Of a DNA stretch of 64,000 bases, positions 1 to 12,028 are shown piece by piece. Numbering within the stretch: position 1 is the stretch's first letter; each line of letters starts with the position of its first letter. Under the pieces are notes generated by a model that worked only from the letters and a program-made list of their open reading frames with translations, searched no databases and was not told where the DNA came from. Made by a program: the position numbers and the translations under genes. Source of the DNA: Callorhinchus milii (taxonomy: Eukaryota); NCBI RefSeq assembly GCF_018977255.1, contig NW_024704742.1, forward strand, positions 133,302,001 through 133,366,000, read 5' to 3'.

Positions 1-1539
1 GTTTGTAGGACATCCTACTTGCTTGAATTGGCTACCACATTTGCCCACAAAACACATAGTTACTGCACTTTACAGGCCGATCCTATGAAGCACTTTGAGA
101 CGTCTCTACAATGTGGTAAGGCACTATATCAAATGCAATGATTATCATCACCTTTGGTCAAACCTCCGATTTAGGGTTCCTCTACCAAACCCATTCACTC
201 CCCAGTGTCTCAATTCCTTTCATTATTTTTAAACATTTTCAAATCATACCATTATTTCCAATTGTCCTTCTGACCAGGCAATCGCTGGGCAATTAACTAT
301 GAGGAATGAGAGTAAATGCAGGCCAGGAATCCAGTCTATCTAAATATAGATTTTATTTTTCTAATGGGCTGTGCTGCCAAAGGCAAAAATCGCAAATGTC
401 AAAACATGTATTTTTGTTCCATTTGGAAGGGTTTCTGCTCTATAGCAAAGAGGTGAGCCAAAACAATCCGATAAGACTTTCACTTCAGCCTCACAGCATC
501 ATAGAACCGTAGAGATTTACAGCACAGAAAAGCTATTCAGCCCATCAATCAACAATCACAACTTGCATGAGGGGCCTCTCCTCTCAACAGTCAGGGACTC
601 ACTGGGATAAACTAATCTTTTCCTATATCTCTCTTCCAATCCATTGGATCCATAGTCCAGTTCCCGAGCCAGACCAGTCTGCAATACTTCAAGGCACTGT
701 TGTTGACAGACCAGCCACTGTGACTGTGCTAACTCTTTTAAGAGCAATCCTTGTTCTGATTTACCTGCCTTTCCTCCCCCCCCATACCGCTATAGTTTAT
801 TCCGTTTTAGATATCTTCGCTTTTGAAAGCTAATATGGATTCTGCCTCAACTACCATTCCCGGTCGGGCATTCCATATCCTAACTACACTGTGGGTCAAC
901 ATTTTTATCCTCAATTCCTCATTTACTCATTTGCTAACTACCTTAAATTGATACCTTCGAATCATTGACTTACTTACTAGTTTGTACAAGACCATCAATT
1001 CTGTCCTCTCTGCAGTCACAGTCCAACCAAGATAAACCAATTATTCCCTTATACCCCTCTCCCATTCCATTAGAATCCAGCAGTCTGGTTCCCGAGTCAG
1101 GCCGGTCAGTCCGCAGTACTATAGGACACTGTTGATGACAGACCAACCAGCCTGGGCCATTAGCAGGACTGGAGTGGTGAGTGGGAACTGTCAGTGAGGA
1201 ACTGGACTAGGATTCTTCCCACTCTACCCCTGTTAACCCTGCAAGTAAAGCCCTAATGAGGAGGATGGTAGAAGTTGGACAAACAGTTGGAAGCTTGCCC
1301 AGACAATGTGCAAAGGCAACCTGTGTGGTTTTCGTTGGTTAAATTCCAACAGTACACCTAATGCAAACTCTGGCATCCCAACTCTTGTTTCTCAGAAACC
1401 TGTGCCTAATACTCTCTGAAATTAGATGAAGATTAGATTAAGGAGAGTGCACATTCCATTCCAGACACAGGGAAATTTTCCATGTGTAGCTGGAATAGGT
1501 CTTGTCTCAATACTCTTATTATTATTATAACAAAACTAT

Positions 1540-1930
1540 AATAATCCTTAAATTTGATGTCACGCCTTTCATGTTGGGAAGTGTTTCAAAGTGATTCACA
1601 GGATTTTACTAGAAAATCTAATGACTATTTTGAGGGCTAACTCAGCAGCTAATTCGCGCACAGCAATGTCCTGCTAACAGCCACAAAGTGAATGCTGTTT
1701 GGAACTAACTATTTTCTTTATCCGGGGAATTGTTGTCCAGGACAACAGGAAAAACTCTGTTTGCTTTTCGAATAGTATTGCGAGATCTTTAACGTCCAAC
1801 TGGACAAACAGATGGGACCTCAATTTAACTTTTCATCCAAAGGACAGCGCCTCTGATAATGTAGCACTCCCTTAGCTCTGAGCTCAAAGTCCTAACCTGG
1901 AGATTGAACCCACAAACTTCTGACTTGAGA
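1540..1930 (-). mobile_element. Older Deu-domain tRNA-SINE (SacSINE1-like)
   Basis: Reverse complement has a tRNA-like head (gtgggttcaa), the gatgaaaagttaaa..gaggtccc..ctgtttgtccagttggacgttaaagatc core and the Deu-like ttgctgtgcgcgaattagctgc. Confidence 0.7.
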
Positions 1931-2761
1931 ACAAAATGTGACTTACAGAAATCCGCTAACTATTTGAAAGCAGAACATTCACTCTCAATGTTGGCAGAAA
2001 GATTTTGTGGTTCTAATAAGGGTTTCCAAGATATGAATGGGTTAGTTTCAATTAAAGTACAAGTTTCTATTGAGCATAAATGTGCAGCTGTTACGATGCT
2101 CATGTGTGGTCTCAAACCGGACTAAAATAGAAGCTCCAAAGTGATTTGGCTGAAAAACAATTTCCAAGAGGAAACATTTAGATCCGCGCACACACACTAA
2201 CTCCAATCCTCAACAGAGCAGGAAGAACGAAATCCATTTTGCATCAGTTCTTATAGCTTATTGCGATAGGAATGTTTTTTTTCTCTACACAAGTTTAAAG
2301 TCCTGCGGTTTGACTGAATTTGGTCACAAACACAACATGGTCAAGGAAACACACTGCACGAGTAAATACACTGCACGAGTAAATACACACAACGTGGATT
2401 CACCCCCAACATACACACATATTTCTTCCCCAATGCCCACGCATCTTAATCCAGCCTTGTTCCGCCACTTTACTGGGGATAGTTTACTCCTGCTTCCCAC
2501 ACTCTACAACATTCTGACTTCTCGAGTGTCCTATCTTCCGGTTTTAAATGTCCCCATCGAATCTGCTTCTACAGACCTTCTGAGACAGTGTGAAGGACAG
2601 CGCCTCTGATAATGTAGCACTCCCTTAGCACTGCACTGAGCTCAAAGTTCTAACCTGGAGCTTGAACCCACAAACTTCTGACTCGAGACAAAATGTGACT
2701 TACAGAAATCCGCTAACTATTTGAAAGCGCTAGATATTTAAATGTCAGTGCATAGTTACAG

Positions 2762-3155
2762 GGTGTCAGACCTGCTCATTTGGTAGCACTCTCATCTCGG
2801 AGTCAAAAAGTTGTGGGTTCCCAGCCTAGACTGTGATTTCAAAGCCCCACAAATGGGGTGTAAACCTCATAGTCTAGGCTAGCACTCCAATGCAGTGCTG
2901 GGGTAACACAGCATTATTTGAGCTGCCATCCTTCGGATGAAATGACAAACTGTGCCTGTTCAGGGGACATCAAAGAATCCAGGCACAACTTGAAAAGAGA
3001 AGGGAATCTGTCCCAGTATCCTGGCCAACAAATCCCCCACATAAAATTGGTCACCCACTCCATGACTGTTTGTGGGACATTGCCGTGTGCAAACTGGCCA
3101 CCATGTTTGCCTACAAAATACAAAGTCACTGCATTTTACAGTAAAATTGCAGTGC
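2762..3155 (+). mobile_element. Older Deu-domain tRNA-SINE
   Basis: gtgtcagacctgctcatttggtagcactctc head, then ctgttcaggggacatcaaagaatcc, then gggacattgccgtgtgcaaactggc. Confidence 0.75.
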
Positions 3156-3544
3156 TTTGAAGGAGGGCATAATCTTAAAATTAGAGGCCGTTTAGGAGTG
3201 AAATTAGGATGAGAATGATGCTTTAGAAAATACAAGGATAAGTTTAATTATAAACAGTTATGCTAAAAACATACTGCTGATCATTGATTACAATTCTCCA
3301 GCACCATCAGATGTTAGTTAGCATTAGGATGCTTTTTTTGCAGCAGAATAAGGGTTCATTAAAGGGGAGACCTTACAGTAAATCCTCACCAGGTAATCAA
3401 TACTTTACTGTAATTGCTATATTGGCCGATCCCTGAAGATTAACGGGAAACCACAGGTCAAACGCATTTCCACTCTGCCCTTCACAAGCTTCCATGACTA
3501 CACTCTCAATGGAAGGTGTGCAGGTTTTAGCCGGTTATATCAAC

Positions 3545-3965
3545 AAGGAACAGGAGTGGACCCTTCAGCCCCTGGAGCCTTTTCCGCCATTCTACTAGAT
3601 CATGGCTGATCTGTACCTCAACTCCAATAACCCGTCTTTGCCCCATATTCCTTGATATCCTGACCTAACAAAAGTCTATCCACTTCAGTCTTGAAAATGT
3701 GAATGGATCCAGCAGCCACAGTCCTTTTTTGGGAGAGAGTTCCAGATTTCCACTACCCCTTGCCTGAAAAAATGCTTCCTTACTTCACTCCTAAACGGCC
3801 AAGCTCTAATTTTAAGATTATGCCCTCCTTGTTCTGGATTCCCCCACAGAGGAAATAGTTTCTCTGAATCTACCCTATTGAATCCCTTTATTATTTTAAA
3901 CACCTCAATTAGATCATCCCTCAACCTCCTAAACTTAAGGGAATACAGACCAATCGTACATAACC
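3545..3965 (-). mobile_element. CR1 LINE 3' fragment
   Basis: ORF 3685-4029 contains the CR1 ORF2 C-terminal motifs LYSL..RRLR.DLIEVFKI.KG..RVD...LFP..HNLKIR...F..E.RKHFF.Q.VV..WNSLP, followed by a CR1-type 3'UTR. Confidence 0.88.
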
Positions 3966-4096
3966 TGTTAAATGCCAGGAATTCCTCCAATGCACACTCT
4001 AGGGTCCCCCAAGACTTGGCTCTTGCCAAACTGTGCCTAATGCTACTGAGGAATTAGATAAATTGGGTGCAAACCTTCCAGGGAGAGAGAGTGAGC

Positions 4097-4453
4097 ATTT
4101 GATATAGCACCTTTACACATCTTCAAAACATCTAGAGCGCTTCACAGAATATAGTGTAAAGTGAATTGACTGTACAATTTGTGAGCGAAACACGGCAGCC
4201 AATTGCGCACAGCAGTATCCCACAAACAGTCGTGGATTGAGTGACCAACTGATGCTTTTTTTTTGAGGGATTATTACCCCTGGAAAAGCAATCTGCCAAT
4301 CGACTGACAACCGGGTTCCTACTTACTACTCGGTAAACAGAGGGGTGTAGAGTACGGAAACTTGCCCAACATTTCGCCCTGCCTGGCCGGGAATCAAACC
4401 CAGGACCTCTCGCTTGCGAGGCGAGTGCTCTAACCACTACACTACAGGACTCC
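4097..4453 (-). mobile_element. Younger full-length Deu-domain tRNA-SINE (long form)
   Basis: Head ggagtcctgtagtgtagtggttagagcactcgcc with A box and B-box-like gggtttgattccc, Deu core gggatactgctgtgcgcaattggctgccg, L2-like tail. Confidence 0.88.
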
Positions 4454-4589
4454 ATAATGCTGAAACATCTCAAACGCTTCGCTGAATTTTACTGTAAAGT
4501 GTAGTGACTGGCTATTTTGCCACTGATGTCACTTCCTGAGCACTATACACCAGAAGTCTCCAATTTGAAAGATCTAGGTGAGTACATAC

Positions 4590-4660
4590 CACATCCTTGG
4601 TGTTGATGGGACATTTCTGCTCACACAGGAGTTGTACAATGGAAACGGAGCCACCTGAAG
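4590..4660 (-). CDS. RAI14: RAI14 coding exon (71 nt, phase 1 to 0)
   Basis: ttatttccag|CT TCA GGT GGC...AAG GAT GTG|gtatgt. Encodes (A)SGGSVSIVQLLCEQKCPINTKDV (cf. [24 protein letters not shown]). Confidence 0.92.
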
Positions 4661-5785
4661 CTGGAAATAACAAGATTGAAATTCAGCTTAGTGTTAAGTA
4701 TCTTTTCAGCAAATCAAGCATCATTTACATTCCCATCTCAAAAATGAAATGTTTCAGCACAATAACCAGGTTCAAATCACAGCTCTATTCTGATCAGCAA
4801 GGTTAAGGACTTTTCCCCCACAAATCACTCAAACAGTTAAAAGTTCCTTTGACTTAAAATTCATGTTGCCGTCATTAACTGTGATCATTCAATAAAGCAA
4901 CTAAGGTGATTGTAATCTGTGGGGAAATAGTTGCTTTACAGCCTTGTCTCCTGAAATAATCTTTACCATGTGTTAGATCTGATTCGCCAACCTTGTGTTT
5001 CTGCATCCAAGAAACAGATGGTGGCTTACTTTGGAAATCTTCACTAATCTCGGTAACAACAAATCAAAGCTCAAATCCAGACATGCCATTGTATAATAAA
5101 ATCAATCAATCATTCACTTCACGTCTGTTCTTGGGACATGACTATGCACAAATTGGCTACAAGCACACAGAGTCGATGCACTTTACAGTAGATCCCGTGA
5201 AGCACTTTGGGACGTCCTCCCGACATGAAAGGCGCTGTACCAAATGTAAGGATTATTAATACAATAATACTTGTGTTTGATATAGCGCCTTATCACATCG
5301 TCGAGATAACTCAAGGACGCAGAATTTTACCATGAAGTGTTAGTGACTGTGTAATTATAGACAAATGCGTCTGTCAACTTGCACAGCAATGTCGCAAAGG
5401 CAGCCGTAAAGTGAATGAACGATTTTTCGTAAAAGAATTACATGAAACCCTCATCCACGCCTTGTCACTTTCAGACTTGATTGCTCTAATGTTCTCCTCG
5501 CCAGCCCTCCTAGTCTCAATCCTTCACAAGCTTCAAATCCATAGCCCCTGTCCCTTTCTTTATCGTCTTCATGACCCCATCACCCCCATTCGTGTCAGGC
5601 TCAAATGGCTCCCTAGGTCGCATTGGAATTTCTTCCAAATTTCTCCTAGAGTCAATCTCCATGTGATCCTGTGTACTATTTTTGATATACTCCTCTGTTT
5701 CTCTGAATTTAGTTGCTCAAAGATTAATGTTCTTAAAAGAAGAGCGAGAGCGCACGAGGGAGAGAGTAGTGGTGGCATCCATTAC

Positions 5786-5843
5786 CTGCATGATGTACAG
5801 CTGTTCTTCCATTGGTGTCAGCACATTCCACTGGGCATTTGGA
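5786..5843 (-). CDS. RAI14: RAI14 coding exon (58 nt, phase 0 to 1)
   Basis: cccttttcacag|TCC AAA TGC CCA GTG...CAT CAT GCA G|gtaatg. Encodes SKCPVECADTNGRTAVHHA (cf. SKCPAESVDSSGKTALHYA). Confidence 0.92.
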
Positions 5844-6329
5844 CTGTGAAAAGGGAACAGTGACAAAGATTTTTAGCTCAGTCGTGTATCAAAGAGTTTG
5901 TATACATTTCGCACACAAGGTTAGTGAACAGACGAGTCACATTCCTCAAATTAGTCGGACGTTACATCCTGCAACACTGAGCTCGCCGACGAGATTAAAA
6001 ATATAAACATTCTGACAGATATGACATGGCAGAGAGAGAAAATGAGAGTGAGATTGACCTTTAGTCTTACTAACAGTCAAACAATGTAATGCTTAATCCA
6101 GTCTGAAATGTTTAACCTCCCAAGGTCATTGTGCTTTACACTAGCAGCTGAACCAACTGCTCAAGTTAAAATTTATTACCGACTGACCGGGTTCTGGCTG
6201 GCCAAGTACTGAAAGAGCTTGAGATCATTTTGCTCTTTGGAAACTCAATGCAGTGTGTGATCCACAAAATCCTAACCTCCTCTCACCCCACACAAACTGT
6301 ACAATCACGGAAAGGCTACAGCAAAAAAC

Positions 6330-6460
6330 ATTGTGTGAATGTTTGCGTGAATGTGTGTTAATGTCTGTTTGTTTGTGTATATGTGTGTATCTGTGTGCGC
6401 GTTTGCACCCATGTGCGGGTGTGTGCTTGTATTTGGGTATATGTGCCGTGTGTGATGTAT
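6330..6460. repeat. Degenerate (TG)n microsatellite
   Basis: Run of tgtgtg with interruptions. Confidence 0.8.
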
Positions 6461-8569
6461 AGGCCTGTGTTTTGGGTGCTTGTCGGTGTAGTCTCCCCTA
6501 TTGCAGGTATCCATCCATCTTCCAATTGCAAGTTTTCATTACATTCGAGCAAAAAGTTATACTAGACCAGCAGCTGAACTTTTACTTAGATAAAAAGACA
6601 AAACAAATTCCAGTACACCATTGGAGTGAGTGGGGTTTTCACAGCAGTGCTGGATGAGCAGTTCCACACGGTCTAAAAGTCTAAGACGAGGTGCAACTCC
6701 AGTCCTCTAGTTTGTCACCCCCTTCCCCCTCCTCTCATCTTAATTCAACTGTTTAAGGCTGATGCCAAACAACCGTTTTCCTTCCTGCCTTGACCTTGGG
6801 CAGTTATGTCTTTCATTTACTTTGGTGTAAATCATTAACGCACAATACTGCAATCGGCATTTACAAGTCAGTCTCTTAGTCAGTCAGAAGAACGTGTGCT
6901 GGTAATAAGGGAGATGGTGCAAGTCACATACACCCTGTCCATGCAGCTCTCTGGTGACACTTTTCCACACTTACACGAGCAGTCAGCATACCTGAGCGTG
7001 GTTCTCATTAGGCTGCTCCAGTACAAAAAAAAGGCAATGGCACTGGATGCCGATGTTAATCTAACTGTTTTAGACAAACACTCTCTATCATATCACACTA
7101 ATGTAAAAAAAAACATTTTATTTTGTGTTTTCTTAGTATCAAATAACACATTTTAGGACGGTTGCAATCTAGAATGTTTGGTGAGTTTAATGCTGACATT
7201 TAGTTGAAGACTGTGTATGTGGTGCAGGGGTGTGTGTGTGTGTCTGTGCATGTGTGGGGGTCACAGAGAGGTGGGGGCACAAAACCACACAGAACACAGT
7301 TTAGACTTAAGGTACTCTAAAAGGCATTAACTTGCAGCGCAGTTTTAAAATAATTTTAATTACGTTTTTTCGGCTTAAAATAGCAGGATCCAAGCACTGC
7401 CTCCATCCTCGCCTGCCTTCATTACGTGTCAGACTAGATCCTGGTGAGTCAGGTAAGATTATCTTAATGGGAAGCGTAGTTCAGGAAGGAGAGAGGGAGG
7501 GAGAAAGGGAGGGAGGGGAATAAAGACATGGGATGGCAGGGGTGAAAGGGATAGAAAGGAGGTATAAGAAGAAAAAAATCAAAACGAAGTAAGGAAGAAT
7601 CCAGACACACAGAAAATATAAAGAAACTGTGACCATAGTGAAGTAGAAATAAAGGGAACATAAAATGAGAGAGAATAAAAATATGCAGTAAAGTGGAGAC
7701 TCCAAAATTAAAATGAGGAGTGACCAAGAAGGGGAGGAGTTTTGATTAGATGGACCTCACTAAACCAACGCACACTCTTCACCACTGCACGATGATAAAT
7801 GCCGGCTCTGGGGGGGTGTGAACTTATAACCGGAAACCTTAGGACAAGCTCACACCGTCCAGGGGTAACCTATTTACATTTGCCGACCTTCTGCAGTGAG
7901 ACTCGTAACAAGATTACCAGCTCGCATTGCCCGAGAGTATTCCCATTCACCAACCTTACACAGTGAAACTTGTAATAAGGTTACAAACTCGCACTGCCCA
8001 GGACAAGCTCTCCAGGACGCTACCCCGTGTAAAGGGCGCTATATAAATGCAAATTGTTGTTGTTCCTACGATCACCTCCCCTCTCCCCGTGGCTCAGTGT
8101 TAAACTCTGCCACTGTCAAGTGCACTGATGAGGGGTCCAATATAAATGGAAATTGTTGTTGATTTTATTGTTAAACTCTCTGAGATGCTTCTCCAAGTGA
8201 AGGCTGCTATATAAAAGCAAGTTGTTGTAGTCGTGTATTAAATTTACAAGTTGTGCAGTGACTGCTGGTAATACGGTTAAAATGTGTTATATGGAGGGTA
8301 TCCATTTAAGATAATAACACTTGCATTTATATAGTGCCTCTCACATTTTGTTAAGATGCGGAATGGCCTGCTGGGTAGAGTAATCGAGAATCCACATTAT
8401 AACAGCAATAATACTCCTTGCATTTGATATAGTACCTTATCACATCTTCGAGAATATACTCTAAAGGGAATTGACTGTATATTTTGTGGATGAAATGCGG
8501 CTGCCAATTGCGCACAGCAGTGTCCCACAAACAGTCGTGGATTGAGTGACCAAATTATCAGAAACTTTC

Positions 8570-9055
8570 AACAGGGAACTAGATAAAGATCTATAGAGGA
8601 GTAATTCACAGGGGAAAAGGCAGGTGAATTGATTGCTCTTTCAAAGAACAGCACAGGCACAATGGATTGAATGGTCTTCTGAAAGGTTGAACAGGGAGAA
8701 GCTATTTCCATCATTAGGGCTGGTGACCGGGGTTATAGATTCAAGATCACCACAAGTGAAAGGAGAGCTTTTTTTTATGCTGAGTTGTTGCGATGTAGAA
8801 CGCCCTGTCAAGTAAGGTGGAATGCAGTGCCTTGGGACATCCTCCCGATGTGAAAGGCGCTATACAAATGTAATCTTGTTGTTGTTGAGTGTCCATGTGG
8901 GTTTCAAGAGGGAAGTAGACAGGTATGTGAAAGATAAGAGACTTGAAGGGATTTGGAGATACGGCAAGGCAGGGGGACTGAAAGAGCAGCTTGCTTTGAG
9001 AGCTGGTGCAGACTTGATGGGCTGAATGGCCTCCTTCTGCGCTGTAAATTTCTAT
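8570..9055 (+). mobile_element. Degenerate CR1 3' fragments with a short L2 tail inserted near 8825-8887
   Basis: ttcaagagggaagtagacagg (FKREVDR), gacttgatgggctgaatggcctccttctgcgctgtaaatttctatg tail; L2 tail gggacatcctcccgatgtgaaaggcgctatacaaatgtaatcttgttgttg. Confidence 0.6.
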
Positions 9056-10380
9056 GGCGTCTTAAGAAGGTAGAACTTGCGATATGGCAAAGAAGGGCGA
9101 CACACCAAGGCGTTCACGGATATGTGCAAGTAGGATTGGAAAGTTACACAGTAGCATCTGGTGGTTGCCAATATATCAAACCAGATACAGGAGTTATGTC
9201 AATGTTGACTTTTGAAGATAGCCAAACAGTTCCATTTGTTTCACAGACAAATGGGACATTTGTATTTTTTTTGGAAAAGAAAAACAATATTGATTTAATA
9301 GTCAATTAAGAATGGAGGTGAAAGATGGGGAAGGGTTGGGAAGAGAAATTCCCTGCGAATTAAATGTTCAGATTCCCATCCCTAAATATGTAATCCGTAG
9401 CCACAATAATTGCTAAGCTCCGGAGGGTGTTACATGTATTTGTTTCCCAAACTCATTAAAATTCACAGAGAAGCTAACAAAGTAACTGCACTCAGCAGTT
9501 GTGAACTGACTGCACCGTGATGTGACTGTGAGGGTCAGTGAACCAGAGAAGCTCGGACTGTAAGGCGACTGTTTCTCTGGAACATCGCTCAGACCCCGGC
9601 CTCACTCCAGTACGAGAGGCTCCCACGCATTGCCATGCGACACGTCCGGGATTTGCTGTTTATTAATCTCTTTGGGAACCTCCTAATTAAGTCCCCATTT
9701 TAGGTGGAGCCACGGCTTTCTCAGCTAAGGATTAGTCTGTGGAGCCACTGTATACTGAGGGCTCAGATACATCCCAGGTATATTGTAGTGGCCCTGTATA
9801 CTGAGTTAAGGTACTCTTCACTTTCAGATATTGATTGGCTGGCTTCATTGGTGCACAGGTCCAGAGGGTCTACGGATGTCAGCAGCACATAGGCTGCAGG
9901 TGAAAATATCCTTGTGGGGGGTTGTCAGTCCCATTTAAAACAAACTTGGGGCAGCATCAATGATGGCCATCCCTCCCTCCTCCTCACTGCGCTGGCTGCG
10001 TGCCAGCTTCAAAGGTCCTTAAAGAGGTGTAGACAGCACCAGCAACAGACTGCAGACTATAGACAGAGAGCGATGCGAGCGAGAGCTGGAGAGAGAGGGG
10101 GAGAGGTAGAGTAGTAGGTAATGATTATCTGACGTCCTGCCCACTGGCGAGGTCAGCTACGATGTTGATGACTAGGGCGAGTGGTGGCACACTACACCAC
10201 GTTCTATAACAACACCAGGCTGGGTGGGGGGGGGTGGGGGGGGAAGAAAGAGCGAGAAGATCTCTCTTATTTTATGGATCCCAACAAGAGTTAGACTGTA
10301 CATGTGAGTTGGGCCCGTTGAAAACAATGTCAATTTTCAAACATTGGGCAGCCATAAAAGTTCATTAAGCTCATTCCTAC

Positions 10381-10445
10381 CTGAAGAATCTTCTTCACAC
10401 ATTCTTGATGGCTATTCTTTGATGCAAGGTGTAAAACATTAAGAC
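10381..10445 (-). CDS. RAI14: RAI14 coding exon (65 nt, phase 1 to 0), ankyrin repeat
   Basis: ttttatttcag|GT CTT AAT GTT TTA CAC CTT GCA TCA AAG AAT AGC CAT...CTT CAG|gtagga. Encodes GLNVLHLASKNSHQECVKKILQ (cf. RAI14 GHSALHLAAKNSHHECIRKLLQ). Confidence 0.93.
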
Positions 10446-11029
10446 CTGAAATAAAACAAAAACATAAAATATTATCTTACATTAAAATATTACCAGCACT
10501 TAATAATAATAATAATCCTTACGTTTTGGCATAGTTAGCAGGACGTTCAAAGTGCTTCACAGATAATACTGTATTTTACAGGCAAATGCAGGAGCCAATT
10601 TGCACACACTAATAATGTCCCACAACCAGCCATGAAGTGAACGAAGGCTGTTGATGAGATACTTCCATCTCTTTTTGAGTAATCCATTTGATCTTTATCG
10701 TCCACCCAGGCACAGATGGGACTTCATAACATCTTGTTCGAAGAAAGGCACCTCAGTTTTTACAGGAATCTAATTTTAACTAGGAAGTTAAAACATTTTT
10801 AACTTTTAACTTTTTTTAAAATAGTTTCAACTAGGAATGCACGTACAGGGCCAAAAAAAAATATTTTGACAAGTCCCAAAATAATAAACATCCAACACTA
10901 TCTCTCTCATAGATCTCAGTTAATTCCTTTGCCAAGCACCTATCTCATCCCTCTTAAATTTGCTGGCACGATCAGCTTGCACCATCTCCTCTGGTCATCC
11001 ATTCCATTTAATTCAACCATCTATTCTGA

Positions 11030-11260
11030 GTGTGAGTGATGATGTACATGCGTTTGAGTTTGTGCCTGTGTATGAATGTGAGTCTGTGTGTGTGAGCCTG
11101 TGTGTGTGCATGTGTATGTATGTGTGACTGCGTATCTGTGTGCAAGTACAGTGAGAGCAATAATGTATGTGTATGCGAGGGTACATATTTGAAAGTGTGT
11201 GTGTGAGGGAGAGAGAGAAAGAAAGAATGTGTGCAATATATATATATAGTATATACACAA
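11030..11260. repeat. Degenerate (TG)n/(GA)n/(TA)n microsatellite tract
   Basis: Directly visible low-complexity sequence. Confidence 0.8.
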
Positions 11261-11263
11261 ATA

Positions 11264-11371
11264 CAGGGTGAACAAAAAGTTGTGATAACTACCCTATTAT
11301 TTTTAAAAAATCATAATTGCTTTAAGACTTATTAGACATCGTAATTGTATCATAACTTTTTGGTCACCCTG
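11264..11371. mobile_element. Tc1/mariner-type MITE, 108 bp
   Basis: TIRs cagggtgaacaaaaagttgtgata and rc cagggtgaccaaaaagttatgata (22/24 match). Flanks are TA on the left and TG(TA) on the right, in a TA-rich tract. Confidence 0.75.
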
Positions 11372-11669
11372 TGTATATACAAGCGTGCAAGTGTATGCAT
11401 CTGTATGTGTGTGCATATATATATATATTAAGACTTTTTTTTAATATATGGTTCTTTGCATGGAACATTTCAGCCTCAAACATTTGTAACTAAGAATATA
11501 TGTGCAGTGGCAGGCGAGGAACATTATTCAGAACATAAAAAACATTACAGGATTTTTGTTTTTGCCTTCAGCACCGTCCAGCTGGAAAGTTAACAGAATG
11601 AATGGAATCCCAAAGGCAGTTTCAGGAGAAAGAGCATCTGCTGGAAGTGATTGGACTCACACAGAGGCT

Positions 11670-12025
11670 GAGTTAATAATAATCCATACATTTAGTACAG
11701 TGCCTTTCATGTCGGGAGGACGTACTAAAGTGCTTCATATCATATACTGTAAGTTGCAGTGACTGTGTATTTTTTAGGTGAATGCGGCAGCTAATTTGTC
11801 CATAGCAACATCCACAAACAGCCATGAAGAGAGTGCTGGTTTTTATCTGGGGATGGTTATCCAGGACACTGGGAGAAACTCCCTTCTCTTTTTGAATAGT
11901 GCCACCGCACAGGCAAATTAGACCCCGGGTTAGAATCTCGTCTGAAGGATGGCACCTCTGACGATTTAGCTCTGACAAACAGTTAGACTGTGAGTTCCAA
12001 GTCCCATTGGTGGGAGCTTGAACCC
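11670..12025 (-). mobile_element. Older Deu-domain SINE
   Basis: Reverse complement has gggttcaagctccc, gaggtgccatccttcagacgagatt, ggcactattcaaaaagagaagggag and the Deu core with tail. Confidence 0.7.
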
Positions 12026-12028
12026 ATA

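Noticed and set aside
2351..2388. 17-bp tandem duplication acactgcacgagtaaat x2 (similar small duplications near 24722 and 55617)
   Set aside because: Only two units and no spacers; ordinary slippage, not an array or CRISPR.
1..4589. Next RAI14 exon (DG..PLLLA..-like)
   Set aside because: No matching open segment with splice sites found; probably outside the window.
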